A stretch of DNA of 64,000 nt from a virus (taxonomy: Duplodnaviria; Caudoviricetes). This document shows, piece after piece, positions 25,665 to 35,359 of this stretch. A program made the position numbers and the translations under genes. Numbering within the stretch: position 1 is the stretch's first letter; each line of letters starts with the position of its first letter. The stretch lies in the IMG/VR virus record IMGVR_UViG_3300044693_000257, positions 7,820 to 71,819 of that record. One strand, written 5' to 3'. The notes beneath the pieces were generated by a model. The model was not told the DNA's origin. It saw only the letters and a program-made list of their open reading frames with translations, and did no database searches.

Positions 25665-26264
25665 TCAAGGAGTGAACACAAACATGATCCGCTTCGAACG
25701 GTCATAGTACGAAGGGACCGCCACGTGGGTGAACTCTTCAATGCTCTGGAGCGTCCACTTAGTTGTGTCTAGCGCCCACCACAGCTTCCAACCGAATTTG
25801 CGGTTTGTGTGGTCGCAGTAGGAGAAGTGCTTGCCATCCTTGGTCTGCGCTGCAAAGCGCATAAGCTGACCGTTGGTCACTTCGAGGATGGTGATCTCCC
25901 AATCGGAAGGATCATAGTTCATCCCCAAAGGCCACAAGTCAAATCCGTATGCCGGATTGCGCCACAACCATCGGATGCGAAGGAGCCAGCGATTGAATCC
26001 GCTTGGCGTGCCTTGGCCGCTGTAGCTCCAAACGCGCCCCCACCAATTATTCGGTGTCGCATTGGTGAAATAGTTGCCAATCCATCCTTGGTCAACCGGG
26101 GCGTCGAAGGTCTGGAACCAACACAGCCATCGCGGCAGATAGCCATCATCCTTGTTGGCGAAAAGGACTATCAGAGGAGTCAGCGGAACGGCAATGAGAT
26201 AGGTGAAGATGATGCCGATGAACGCGAGAAACGCGTATTTTGCGTATGTTGCAAAGATGCTCAT
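25665..26264 (-). CDS. Trp-rich conserved phage membrane-associated protein
   Basis: LPRWLCWFQTFD...RIRWLWRNPAYGF motif; GGAG RBS at MSIFATY. An in-frame upstream start at 26396 is also possible. Confidence 0.7.
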   Translation of the reverse strand: MSIFATYAKYAFLAFIGIIFTYLIAVPLTPLIVLFANKDDGYLPRWLCWFQTFDAPVDQGWIGNYFTNATPNNWWGRVWSYSGQGTPSGFNRWLLRIRWLWRNPAYGFDLWPLGMNYDPSDWEITILEVTNGQLMRFAAQTKDGKHFSYCDHTNRKFGWKLWWALDTTKWTLQSIEEFTHVAVPSYYDRSKRIMFVFTP

Positions 26265-26452
26265 TTTGCTAGGCTCCACGACGAAGTTCAAAAGAGAAAT
26301 GAGGAGCCATGAGATGGATGAAACTGTCTTCAGGTGCCCTGTCGGAAGACCGACGAAGATGGAAAGGATTAGCGCGAGGCACAGGACGAACTCCATTCAC
26401 GGCTCCACCGGCAGGACACCCGATCATACCGCGTGATCCGGTGTACCCTGAG

Positions 26453-26647
26453 TCAGTGTGTGAAGAAGTAAATAAGCGTAACGGCCAAGGTCACGCCTTG
26501 GATAATTGAAACAGCATAAACACAAGTAGTCAGGTCAAATACCTTCTGCTTTAGCCGTATCAACTCGACGGCCTGATTGAACGGCTTCTCGTCCGAAGAT
26601 TCCTTTGGGGAATCGACAAACTTGACGCCTTTGATTTCCTTGCTCAT
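26453..26647 (-). CDS. Small C-terminally anchored membrane protein
   Basis: Coupled ORF with a C-terminal TM segment. Confidence 0.55.
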   Translation of the reverse strand: MSKEIKGVKFVDSPKESSDEKPFNQAVELIRLKQKVFDLTTCVYAVSIIQGVTLAVTLIYFFTH

Positions 26648-26862
26648 ATCACAATCCCCAGTTTCTTCTCCAAAGCCTTGTCTCGCTTAGGCATCGGAGC
26701 CCAAGCCTTGAAGAAATGAGCGGAGTCGTTCTTAGGAGCAAGCCCTATGCACGCAACGCCTCCGGCATTCAGAAGGAAGCAGCGCTGGCCAACCGGTGCC
26801 GTGCTCATGTCGTAATTCCACTTACACTCACCGGTGACGTACCCTTTAGCATCGTCGCTCAT
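26644..26862 (-). CDS. Hypothetical protein (DUF551-like)
   Basis: W..DMSTAP.G...WAPMP pattern. Confidence 0.55.
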   Translation of the reverse strand: MSDDAKGYVTGECKWNYDMSTAPVGQRCFLLNAGGVACIGLAPKNDSAHFFKAWAPMPKRDKALEKKLGIVI

Positions 26863-26866
26863 AGCA

Positions 26867-27256
26867 TTATTTGACGGAAAGGTCTGGAACGAGCGTTTCA
26901 GGACGGAAGATCACTTGATAATGCCACTCGCTTACGTTGGCCTCGTCCATTTGCTCGACGAAGTACGTGACATTTCGAGAAAGCCCAAGAAAGTGCTTCT
27001 TGTAGCTGCTCGGACCCGTCTGACAAGTCACCGATAGCTCGCCAGATTTGTCAGAGTTGCCGAGCGAGCATCGACCCTCGATGGTCATCATGTATTTGTC
27101 GGACACTGTGTTATAGAACACGATGCGCCGATTGATTTGGAAGTTATCTGCGGCCTTCGAAATGTTTTGCGAAGCCACGTTTGCCGCATCCTCGCATCCG
27201 GAAAGGCCGAAGGATGCCGCGAGCGCTGCGATGATCAAAGTTTTCTTCATATTCAC
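26867..27256 (-). CDS. Conserved phage lipoprotein
   Basis: Lipobox LSGC, then ADNFQINRRIVFYNT...KKHFLGLSRNVTYFVEQ. Confidence 0.8.
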   Translation of the reverse strand: MNMKKTLIIAALAASFGLSGCEDAANVASQNISKAADNFQINRRIVFYNTVSDKYMMTIEGRCSLGNSDKSGELSVTCQTGPSSYKKHFLGLSRNVTYFVEQMDEANVSEWHYQVIFRPETLVPDLSVK

Positions 27257-27283
27257 TCCATGAGTTTGTGGCCTGGTGACCGT

Positions 27284-27817
27284 TTAACCTCTTTCTGCGT
27301 TCGTTCTGATGCCGGCCTTTTCGGCCCGGTCGGGATCGTAACGTCCAAGGATGTAGTCAGGCCTGCGCTGATTCGGCTGTGGGCACGCGACAATGATCTT
27401 CCATCCTTCGTCCAAGTGCGTTTGCAGTTGATCGCTGCACGCATCCTCGGCAAGCATGACACTGTTGAACAGCATCAGACCCATCCCTGGTGTGTAAACC
27501 TCCACCTTTTCGTTGTACTCTCCTGGGCCGGTAGAGTTCGCGAACACTTCCATCTTTGCTGCAAGTTTCTCGATTCTGTCCAACGTTTTCATGTATTGAT
27601 CATCAGCGATGAACGACTCTGACTTTACCAGCCCCTCCTCGCCAGATACAAGCCAACTGATGAACTGATCGCCAGTCATGGCAATACAAGTTGCGTTGAC
27701 ATCTGCGTCATCTGATATCCGCAGCCCTAATTCACGAAGTTTTTGGCGCCTTGCGTTTTGCTTTTCTTCGCCATCAGACGAGTAGATGTACCCAAGCTGA
27801 ACAGTAAGAATCCGCAT
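27284..27817 (-). CDS. Hypothetical protein
   Basis: 177-aa ORF; C-terminal LQ..LDEGWKIIVACPQPNQRRPDYILG. Confidence 0.65.
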   Translation of the reverse strand: MRILTVQLGYIYSSDGEEKQNARRQKLRELGLRISDDADVNATCIAMTGDQFISWLVSGEEGLVKSESFIADDQYMKTLDRIEKLAAKMEVFANSTGPGEYNEKVEVYTPGMGLMLFNSVMLAEDACSDQLQTHLDEGWKIIVACPQPNQRRPDYILGRYDPDRAEKAGIRTNAERG

Positions 27818-27819
27818 GA

Positions 27820-28602
27820 TTAGTCGTCCAAACGTTTGGTGATTTCAATTGACTGTCCGGCCTGCCAACCGGCACTACCGGCGCGGTCCATTGCCCGCAA
27901 GTCATCCCAGGATGTCGATTTCTGAATTGATCTGGATTTGCTGGCGTACTCTACGCCTCCGAACTCAGCATCGACGGCGGCGGACTTGACAACCACAAGC
28001 GCGGTCCCGCTCGCGCAGGTAAGTTGCTTTCGCTCAATCATCATTTCGTCAAATTTTACGACGAGTGCGCGTGCAGCCTGCACCTTGAATTCTGATCCAA
28101 TCCTGACGTTGTACCGACCAGGGTGATTTTCCTGCATATACGCCTTGCAGAGCTTATCAATGTTGGACAGAAGACGGTCCAGCATTTCTTTGGCTAATCC
28201 GACATCAGACTTGTACCCGCGAAATCGGATGTACTTGCCCATCTGCTTTGTTGCGCCTCCGCCAGTCTTGGCGCTCTGATTGGCCTTGGATTCCATCTTA
28301 TATGTGACCTTTCCCCAGCCGAAAACGCTATGGCAGTCGTTGTATCTTGCGACGGCAACGGCCAATATGTCCACGTGGTATGGGACGGCTGCAAACACAC
28401 GAGTCACAGACTCATCGGCGAATTCGACTGCCTGCGACTCGGACACATCATATTCGTCCAGCTGATACTTGTCCATCAAGGCGCGAGCGCGCTGCGCGGC
28501 AATTGCAGCCTCATTCGGACTGGAGGCGTCTGCGGCCATCGCCAGCAATTTGGCGATTCGTTCTTTGACCTTTTCGAGTTGTTCGCGTTCCATTATGTTC
28601 AC
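27820..28602 (-). CDS. DUF2786-domain protein
   Basis: EKVKERIAKLLAMA...NEAAIAAQRARALMDKYQL. Confidence 0.8.
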   Translation of the reverse strand: MNIMEREQLEKVKERIAKLLAMAADASSPNEAAIAAQRARALMDKYQLDEYDVSESQAVEFADESVTRVFAAVPYHVDILAVAVARYNDCHSVFGWGKVTYKMESKANQSAKTGGGATKQMGKYIRFRGYKSDVGLAKEMLDRLLSNIDKLCKAYMQENHPGRYNVRIGSEFKVQAARALVVKFDEMMIERKQLTCASGTALVVVKSAAVDAEFGGVEYASKSRSIQKSTSWDDLRAMDRAGSAGWQAGQSIEITKRLDD

Positions 28603-28658
28603 CTTTCTGTTTCTTTCTGAGTTGATGGAGGGATTATCCCTCCATCGTTATGTAGCAA

Positions 28659-29543
28659 TCAACCGAAGAACTTTTCACGGCAGATCGGTCCAATGCCGAT
28701 GTCAATTGACTCACCGTTGGTCAACTCACGTCCGCACACGGAGCACGCGCCGAATCGACGGCCAAAGGCGATGGCAGCTTGCTCCGGGTCAGCGCACGCG
28801 GCGATCACGGCGCGCTCCTCTGACTCGCTGCAGTCACGCGCCTTCGAGAAGACACCACCAGAAATCTTCCCAAGATACTTGCCCTCATCGCTGATCGACT
28901 TGACATAGATGGCACCGGGATTGCGACCGTTATCAGCTGCACGAGAAAAGTCCAAGCGAGAATCATCACCGACGAGACGCAGGTGCGGTTTTCTGACGCC
29001 TTTTGCCATGGCCCGCTCAAAGGCGTTCGTGATAAACGATGCATCGACAGAAGGCTTCGGCACAGCTTCTGCGCCTTCTCGCGCCTTCTTCGCGTCAGCG
29101 AACTTGACCGCACACTTACGTGCAGCGTTCAGCTGCCCTGCTGTTAATCCGCCGAACTTGCGCACGCTCTCCCGAAGAGAGACGGCAAACGGAAATGTCG
29201 AATTCTTCCACCACGCGGCAACGTCCGGGTGCTCTGCTTCGAATGCAGCCAACTTGTCATCGGCCTGTTTCTCCTTCCTCGCCGAAGCCGTCTGACGAGC
29301 CTTGGCCCGTTGCTCTTTGCTCGTTTTGAACAGTCTGTATCCTGCTCCTTGACAGAGCGAGCAGACGCCAGGGCGGTAGCAGTTGCCGTATCCGGTGTAT
29401 CGGCCGGTTCCTTTGCACTTCTTGCAGTCTTCCTTGTACAGAACAGGTTCGGCATTGGGCGCAGCCTGTTCTGCGTCAAACTCTTCTTCCATCCCTCCGA
29501 AGAAGTCGTCAGGATGAGGCCGGTTGCGGGTTGCGAGGTTCAT
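28659..29543 (-). CDS. DnaJ-type Zn finger + DUF6011-like C-terminal Zn finger protein
   Basis: CKKCKGTG..CSLCQGAG and CSVCGRELT...GIGPIC; AGGAG RBS at MNLATR. Confidence 0.75.
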   Translation of the reverse strand: MNLATRNRPHPDDFFGGMEEEFDAEQAAPNAEPVLYKEDCKKCKGTGRYTGYGNCYRPGVCSLCQGAGYRLFKTSKEQRAKARQTASARKEKQADDKLAAFEAEHPDVAAWWKNSTFPFAVSLRESVRKFGGLTAGQLNAARKCAVKFADAKKAREGAEAVPKPSVDASFITNAFERAMAKGVRKPHLRLVGDDSRLDFSRAADNGRNPGAIYVKSISDEGKYLGKISGGVFSKARDCSESEERAVIAACADPEQAAIAFGRRFGACSVCGRELTNGESIDIGIGPICREKFFG

Positions 29544-29733
29544 GGCGTTTAGCTCCTGTTGTTGGTCATCACTACACAACGAATTCTGCTCCATATTTCT
29601 GGAGAAGGCAACAGAATTCTTCACTTTCCACAAATTTGTGGTGAACATCAATGAAATCAACAACTTAGACGTCCACATGTACACACGACATCGGTAAGAT
29701 ACGCGCGATACCCTCTGCTGACACAACACGCCC

Positions 29734-32118
29734 ATGCTTCCTTCCCTTCTCGCTAAATTGTTCAAGCGTTCGGCCGCTGCCGACACTAAGCAGACGGCAG
29801 AGCCTGTGAAGGAAGCGCTTACGGTTGACCCTCTCGACCCTCTCGTCAAGCACCAAGACTGGGCGCAGGAAGAAGCCGCGCCAATTCAACTTCGCCCGGT
29901 GAAGGACTTCCCGATATACGACGGGATGGCAGGCGAGGATACTGTCACCACAGCCAAGGCCATTGGCGATGCAGCGGTGATTCTGGCCAAGCAAAACGTC
30001 ATCATGGATGACGACGGCACCGGGATGCTCAAGCAGGGGCCTCAAAGTGAATACACCGTTCCTTGCGGACTCCAGAACTGGTATGCGTCGCAGGGATTTA
30101 TCGGCTATCAGGCTTGCGCCATCATCGCCCAAAACTGGCTGGTGGACAAAGCGTGTTCGATGGCTGGCGAGGATGCCGCGCGCAATGGATGGGTGATCAA
30201 AGCGCGCGGCGGCGAGGACTTGGATGAGAAAGAACACGAGAAGATCATCCAAGAGGACAAAAAATACAAAGTCAAAGACAACCTCATCGAACTCAATCGG
30301 TTCAAGAATGTCTTTGGCATCCGCGTGGCCATCTTCAAGGTCAAATCCGACGATCCTTTGTACTATGAGAAGCCGTTCAACATTGACGGCGTCACAGAGG
30401 GATCGTATGAGGGCATCAGCCAAGTCGATCCGTACTGGATGATGCCGGTGATGACGTCGAAGGGCACCGGCGATCCTTCATCCATCGGGTTCTACGATCC
30501 GGAATTTTGGGTCATCAGTGGGAAGAAGTACCACAAGTCACACTTGGTGATCGTCCGTGGGCCGCAGCCTGCTGACATTCTGAAACCTACGTACATATTT
30601 GGCGGCGTGCCGCTGACGCAACGAATTTATGAACGTGTCTATGCTGCTGAGCGCACGGCGAATGAATCGCCGCTGCTCGCGCTGACCAAACGCACCATGG
30701 CCATCCACGCCGATCTTGACAAGGTCATGGCGGATCAGGACGGCTTCATGAAGCGCTTGATGACGTGGATCAGGTATCGCGACAACCACGGCATCAAAGT
30801 CCTCGGCAAAGAAGAAGCGATGGAGCAATTCGACATCAACCTGTCAGATTTTGACTCCATCATCATGAACCAGTATCAGCTAGTCGCGGCCATCGCTCGT
30901 GTGCCGTCAACCAAGCTGCTCGGAACCTCGCCGAAGGGCTTCAATGCCACCGGCGAGTTTGAGATGGTTAGCTATCACGAGGAACTGGAATCGATTCAAG
31001 AGCACATCATGATGCCTTTGCTTGAAAGGCACTATGATATTCTCATGCGTCATCTTGGACTGAACACTCAAGTCGAAGTCGTTTGCAACCCGGTGGATTC
31101 CATCACGACGCAGGCGCGCACGGAGTTGAACGCCAAGAAGGCAGAAATGGGAGAACGTCTCATCAATGCTGGAGTTATCAGCCCTGATGAGGAGCGTCAA
31201 CGACTGAAAGAAGACGAGCACAGCGGATACAACCGCCTCAAGGACGACGCCGCAAACGAAGAACCAGGCATGTCCCCTGAGAATATCGCCAACCTAGAAA
31301 AGGCCGGTGCGCAACAAGAGAAAGCAAATGCAGAAAATACTGAAGCGAGTGCTGGCGCTGTAATGGCCAAGCCGGGGGAGACGGGATCGTCTAAGCCCTC
31401 CGTTTCGAACACACAGGAAGGCGAAGAAGACGACGGAAGCGGAGCGCTACAGGCGTTGATTCCGCTCCTATTAAAGGGCGTCACTGGACGTACACAAGGC
31501 GCGGGAAGTCAGCAGGCGGCGACCCTTTTGCTGACTACGCTAGCCCACCTTCTGTCCCAGCCGAAAGAGGGTGAAGACCTGGCACCGACAGAACCGCCGA
31601 TTCGCGGCACTCATCCCGGCACGCAGCGCACCGTGCAACCAACCGTTGGCGGGATTCACAATGTAGTTGGGAAAGTTCAGGACTGGAACCAGACCAAGCT
31701 GCCAAAGGTGAGAGTTGGCGGACTCAACTTGGTGATCGAGAACCCGCGCGGGACCATTCGTAAGGGAATGGACATGGACGGCAAAGAGTGGTCGGTGAAG
31801 ATGCCGCACCACTACGGATACATCAAAGGGTACGAAGGAGCGGACGGTGATGAAGTCGATTGCTTTGTTGGTCCAAATCTTCGATCCACTGACGTTTTTG
31901 TGATCGGACAGAATGATTCAAACGGCGAATTCGACGAATACAAATGCATGCTGGGCTTTGATTCTCAAGAAGAGGCCAAAGGTGCATATGACTCGTCATT
32001 TACGCGCGACTGGGATGGATTCGGATCGATCCAGCACATGTCAATGGACGACTTCAAAAACTGGCTTGAAGCCGGTGAAGCTGCACTCGCTCCTCACACA
32101 TCGCAACAAAGGACATAG
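29734..32118 (+). CDS. Portal protein (DUF1073 type) with C-terminal inorganic-pyrophosphatase-like domain
   Basis: DUF1073 core (NWLVDKACS..GEDAARNGW, VPSTKLLGTSPKGFNATGE). C-terminal IENPRG..R...YGYIKG..GADGDEVDCFVG...DEYKCMLGF. Confidence 0.88.
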   Translation: MLPSLLAKLFKRSAAADTKQTAEPVKEALTVDPLDPLVKHQDWAQEEAAPIQLRPVKDFPIYDGMAGEDTVTTAKAIGDAAVILAKQNVIMDDDGTGMLKQGPQSEYTVPCGLQNWYASQGFIGYQACAIIAQNWLVDKACSMAGEDAARNGWVIKARGGEDLDEKEHEKIIQEDKKYKVKDNLIELNRFKNVFGIRVAIFKVKSDDPLYYEKPFNIDGVTEGSYEGISQVDPYWMMPVMTSKGTGDPSSIGFYDPEFWVISGKKYHKSHLVIVRGPQPADILKPTYIFGGVPLTQRIYERVYAAERTANESPLLALTKRTMAIHADLDKVMADQDGFMKRLMTWIRYRDNHGIKVLGKEEAMEQFDINLSDFDSIIMNQYQLVAAIARVPSTKLLGTSPKGFNATGEFEMVSYHEELESIQEHIMMPLLERHYDILMRHLGLNTQVEVVCNPVDSITTQARTELNAKKAEMGERLINAGVISPDEERQRLKEDEHSGYNRLKDDAANEEPGMSPENIANLEKAGAQQEKANAENTEASAGAVMAKPGETGSSKPSVSNTQEGEEDDGSGALQALIPLLLKGVTGRTQGAGSQQAATLLLTTLAHLLSQPKEGEDLAPTEPPIRGTHPGTQRTVQPTVGGIHNVVGKVQDWNQTKLPKVRVGGLNLVIENPRGTIRKGMDMDGKEWSVKMPHHYGYIKGYEGADGDEVDCFVGPNLRSTDVFVIGQNDSNGEFDEYKCMLGFDSQEEAKGAYDSSFTRDWDGFGSIQHMSMDDFKNWLEAGEAALAPHTSQQRT

Positions 32119-32120
32119 AA

Positions 32121-32315
32121 ATGGACATCGCGACTCTTGCCAATGACATCAAGGCTGCTGTTGGTGGTTTGACCGGTGCGCAAATCCAAGCGCTCGACTC
32201 CAGTTTTCTGTGCCAAAATCCGCACCTTGCGTACCAGCAATTGAAGGCGTCTGGATATCAGGTCACGGTAAGTACGAACGCAGACGGCACGCCGCTGTAC
32301 AAAATCACGGCATAA
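32121..32315 (+). CDS. Small hypothetical (virion?) protein
   Basis: Fills the gap between portal and MuF; TAATG coupling. Confidence 0.6.
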   Translation: MDIATLANDIKAAVGGLTGAQIQALDSSFLCQNPHLAYQQLKASGYQVTVSTNADGTPLYKITA

Positions 32316-33169
32316 TGGCCTTCCAAGCATCAAAAAGGCGCGAGATACGCGCGCCTGAGCCACTGGCACAGGGCAAGCCCCTGGGGCCAAGCGCAGCTAT
32401 ACGGGTTTGGTATCGCGATCAGTTGAACTCGGTCGTGAAGGCCATGATTGATGACTATCGAACTCAGGTTCAACAGGCCATCGAGAATCCAGAAGTAGCA
32501 GCCTACTTCGCGGAAGACGCGGCAGCAAATTCGATCTTCCAAAAAGTAATGAAACGGCTGGACAAGAAGTGGTCTGACGTGTTCCGTGCATTCGGTGCGA
32601 AGCTATCCGAAGAGTTTGTTGAGAAGACTGACGAACACGCAAAATCATCGACCTGGTTCTCACTGAACGCCGCTGGCGTCAAGCAGCCCGTCGCATCCTA
32701 CAACCAGAACATAAGCAATACAATCAGCGCGGCGAAGGATTTCAATTCCACCCTCATCACCAAGGTGAAGGAGGAAGTGCACGAGAAGATTTATAGTGCC
32801 GTAATGCTGTCCCTTACGTCGCCAAATCCTGAAGAACAAGGTGCATCAGGCATTCAAAATGCATTGAAAGAAGTGGGCATTGTAGCGAAAAAGCGTGTTG
32901 AACTGATAACTCGCGATCAGACCAGCAAAGTTTATTCTTCGCTCGCTTGCGATAGGCTGAGGCAAAACGGAGTGGGCCACTTCAAGTGGTTGCACTCGTC
33001 GGCCGGAAAGGTTCCAAGAGAGACGCACTTGGAGAAGGACGGGGAAGTATTCGCCATAGACGATCCGCGTTTGTGGGAAGGTCCAAAGGCTGATCAAGGG
33101 CCACCTGGATGGGCAATCAACTGCCGATGCCGCATGATGCCGGTATTCGGTTATCGTGAGGAGGAATAG
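32315..33169 (+). CDS. Minor head morphogenesis protein (MuF/SPP1 gp7-like)
   Basis: ITRDQTSK, FKWLHS, RETH...DG, PGWAINCRC. Confidence 0.9.
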   Translation: MAFQASKRREIRAPEPLAQGKPLGPSAAIRVWYRDQLNSVVKAMIDDYRTQVQQAIENPEVAAYFAEDAAANSIFQKVMKRLDKKWSDVFRAFGAKLSEEFVEKTDEHAKSSTWFSLNAAGVKQPVASYNQNISNTISAAKDFNSTLITKVKEEVHEKIYSAVMLSLTSPNPEEQGASGIQNALKEVGIVAKKRVELITRDQTSKVYSSLACDRLRQNGVGHFKWLHSSAGKVPRETHLEKDGEVFAIDDPRLWEGPKADQGPPGWAINCRCRMMPVFGYREEE

Positions 33170-33173
33170 CCTA

Positions 33174-33365
33174 ATGCCACTTTCAAATGGGACTTCGAGA
33201 GAGTCCAGAGAGAAGAATATCAAGACAGAAATTGCCGCTGGGAAAGACCCAAAGCAGGCCGTGGCAATTGGGTATGCAAAACAGCGGGAAAACATCGCGA
33301 AGAAGGCCAGTGGAGACGCCGCAACATGCATCAAAGGCATCTGCGACGTCATCAACAGACTATAA
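33174..33365 (+). CDS. Small conserved head-region protein
   Basis: MPL..GTSRE..EKNIKTEIAAGKDPKQAVAIGY family motif. Confidence 0.7.
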   Translation: MPLSNGTSRESREKNIKTEIAAGKDPKQAVAIGYAKQRENIAKKASGDAATCIKGICDVINRL

Positions 33366-33384
33366 CCCTTGGAGGTTTCCTTAA

Positions 33385-33546
33385 ATGGAAAAGGCAGCTG
33401 ATTTCGTCACAGAAGACTTGCCGCGTGAAACTTGGTTCAGAGAATTCCTGATCGTCGCAGTCGAAAAGATCGAGTCATTGCCGTTGATTCGTCCTCGCTG
33501 GATGGCTTTGGATGTCGCGCTGCTGGTCATGTTTGTGTTCTTTTGA
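33385..33546 (+). CDS. 53-aa C-terminal TM peptide (not in the ORF track)
   Basis: GGAGG RBS; MEKAADF...WMALDVALLVMFVFF. Confidence 0.5.
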   Translation: MEKAADFVTEDLPRETWFREFLIVAVEKIESLPLIRPRWMALDVALLVMFVFF

Positions 33547-33568
33547 GTGTTAAGTTGATTGAGTTGTG

Positions 33569-33602
33569 GGGTGAGAGAGGGTTCTATTCTCTCTTACCCT
33601 TT
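33569..33602 (+). terminator. Hairpin/terminator
   Basis: GGGTGAGAGAG-9-CTCTCTTACCC followed by TTT. Confidence 0.55.
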
Positions 33603-33850
33603 AATCGTATTGACTACTATTTATAGTTGTAAATAATACTCAACTTCAACTTTCAAATGTAAATCCCTTGCGCGCTAAGGCTTGCATCCAGTTGCATTTG
33701 CAGTTGCAGCGGCTGAAACATTGGTGGCAAAGTCAATTGCGTCGGCGAAATCGTGTTGCAGTGGCAATGTAATAATAAACACAATAGACATAATCGCAAG
33801 TACACTGGCGCGAGACATAATACACGCGAAGACATCACCATTCAATCGGA

Positions 33851-35353
33851 ATGCCAACGAGCGCAAGAACCCAGGACCAAAATGGATACCTTCTCGTAGA
33901 AGGCTGTCCCGTTTCGTCCTTTGGCATTTTCCAGTATTCGGCCGCTCAAGTCGGATTGGATGGCGACCCAAACAGAATCGTCAACGTATTTCGCCCTGAA
34001 TCGGTAGTAAGCGACCCTGAGTTTATCTCATCGTTGCAAATTGTGCCTCTCATCAACGACCATGAGATGCTTTCCGGTTTTAAAGGCGACAAATCAGCGA
34101 CAGCACCTGAAGAATACGGCGTTGACGGTGTGATGTTTGGAGTCGGCTATGCAAAGCCTTGGGCGCGTGGCGATCTAAAGATTTTCAGCCGCTCGATGCA
34201 GTCGGATTTGAGCGGTGGCAAAAAGGATTTGTCGCTTGGATACACATGCGACTTCCTGATGGAGTCGGGCACGTTCGATGGGCAGCAGTATGAAGTCGTC
34301 CAAACGAATATGCGCGGCAACCATATCGCGCTCGTCGATGTTGGCCGCGTGCCTGGTGCGCGAGTTCTGGATGGGAAGAAACTGTGTTTCGACTCGCTGG
34401 ACTTTTCTGTTCAATTCAACACAACCGGTGGAGAAATTATGCCGCGCACACGCAGGGCACTCGACAGTGGCACAGTCGAGCAATTGAAAGCCCAGCTTAA
34501 AGCGCTGCTGCCCACCTTCGAGCAGTTTCTGAGTGAGGAGGCCACCGAACCCTCCCACCAGGGCGGCGAAGGCGGTGCGGCTGGTGCGGAAGCTGGCGGT
34601 GAAGCAACCCAGGCTGGTGCGGAAGCGGGTCAAGCCGCTGCTGCAGGCGGGGAAACTGGCGGCGCAGAAGTGAGCGCTGGTCAAGCAACCGAACCGACCG
34701 AAGGTGGCGGTGAGGGCGAAGAAGACGACACTGGCGCGACAACGGGTGCCGCAGGCGGCGAAGAAGGTGCTGCCGGTGCAGCCGAAGGCGGTGGCGCCAT
34801 GAGCCTCGAAGACGCCGTGGCGCAACTCGAAGGCCTGCTCAGCAAGATGCGCGCTGCAATGGGCCAGGGTGGCGAGGGTGGCGACGAAGGCGGGGCGATG
34901 AATGGAGAAGGCACCGAAGAAGGCCAGGACACCGTTACAGGCCTGGAAGGCACGGCGCGCGAAGGTGCGGACGGCGAAGGCACGAACCTCGGCGAGGGTG
35001 GACAGGGCCGCGCATCGGAAGGTCCGGCGGCGGGAGCCAACACAGGCGCTGATGCTGCGCTTCGCGGTTTCTATGCTGACCTTGCTGTTAAGACTCGCCT
35101 CTATGAGCGGGTGTCTAAGGTGGTTGGAGCATTTGACTCAGCCGCTATGGACGCACGTGGAGTCGCTGCTTACGGCATTGCGAAGCTTGGTCTGAAAGGC
35201 ATTCCGAAGGGCACCGAAGTCAACGCCCTTGACGGATACCTTGCAGGTCTGGAAGCTGGCCGCAAGCAGTCCACCGTCAACGTCAACCAACAACGCGCCG
35301 CCGATGCCGCTGCAAGTGATGTTCCGGCCATCGACGCATACTTCAAGGAGTAA
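33851..35353 (+). CDS. DUF2213 prohead protease/scaffold protein
   Basis: RTQDQNGYLLVEGCPVS..GIFQY, PLINDH, LSLGYTC, RGNHIALVDVGR; long G/A/E-rich scaffold-like C-terminal half. Confidence 0.88.
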   Translation: MPTSARTQDQNGYLLVEGCPVSSFGIFQYSAAQVGLDGDPNRIVNVFRPESVVSDPEFISSLQIVPLINDHEMLSGFKGDKSATAPEEYGVDGVMFGVGYAKPWARGDLKIFSRSMQSDLSGGKKDLSLGYTCDFLMESGTFDGQQYEVVQTNMRGNHIALVDVGRVPGARVLDGKKLCFDSLDFSVQFNTTGGEIMPRTRRALDSGTVEQLKAQLKALLPTFEQFLSEEATEPSHQGGEGGAAGAEAGGEATQAGAEAGQAAAAGGETGGAEVSAGQATEPTEGGGEGEEDDTGATTGAAGGEEGAAGAAEGGGAMSLEDAVAQLEGLLSKMRAAMGQGGEGGDEGGAMNGEGTEEGQDTVTGLEGTAREGADGEGTNLGEGGQGRASEGPAAGANTGADAALRGFYADLAVKTRLYERVSKVVGAFDSAAMDARGVAAYGIAKLGLKGIPKGTEVNALDGYLAGLEAGRKQSTVNVNQQRAADAAASDVPAIDAYFKE

Positions 35354-35359
35354 CAGAAC

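Noticed and set aside
29734-31200. Anti-CBASS Acb1 label sometimes attached to DUF1073 proteins
   Set aside because: Size, position before MuF/protease/capsid and sequence fit a portal; no HxT/HxS 2H-phosphodiesterase motifs were recognised.
34500-35060. G/A/E-rich repeat tract as a repeat element or collagen-like protein
   Set aside because: It is the low-complexity scaffold linker within the DUF2213 ORF, with no Gly-X-Y periodicity or discrete DNA repeat unit.
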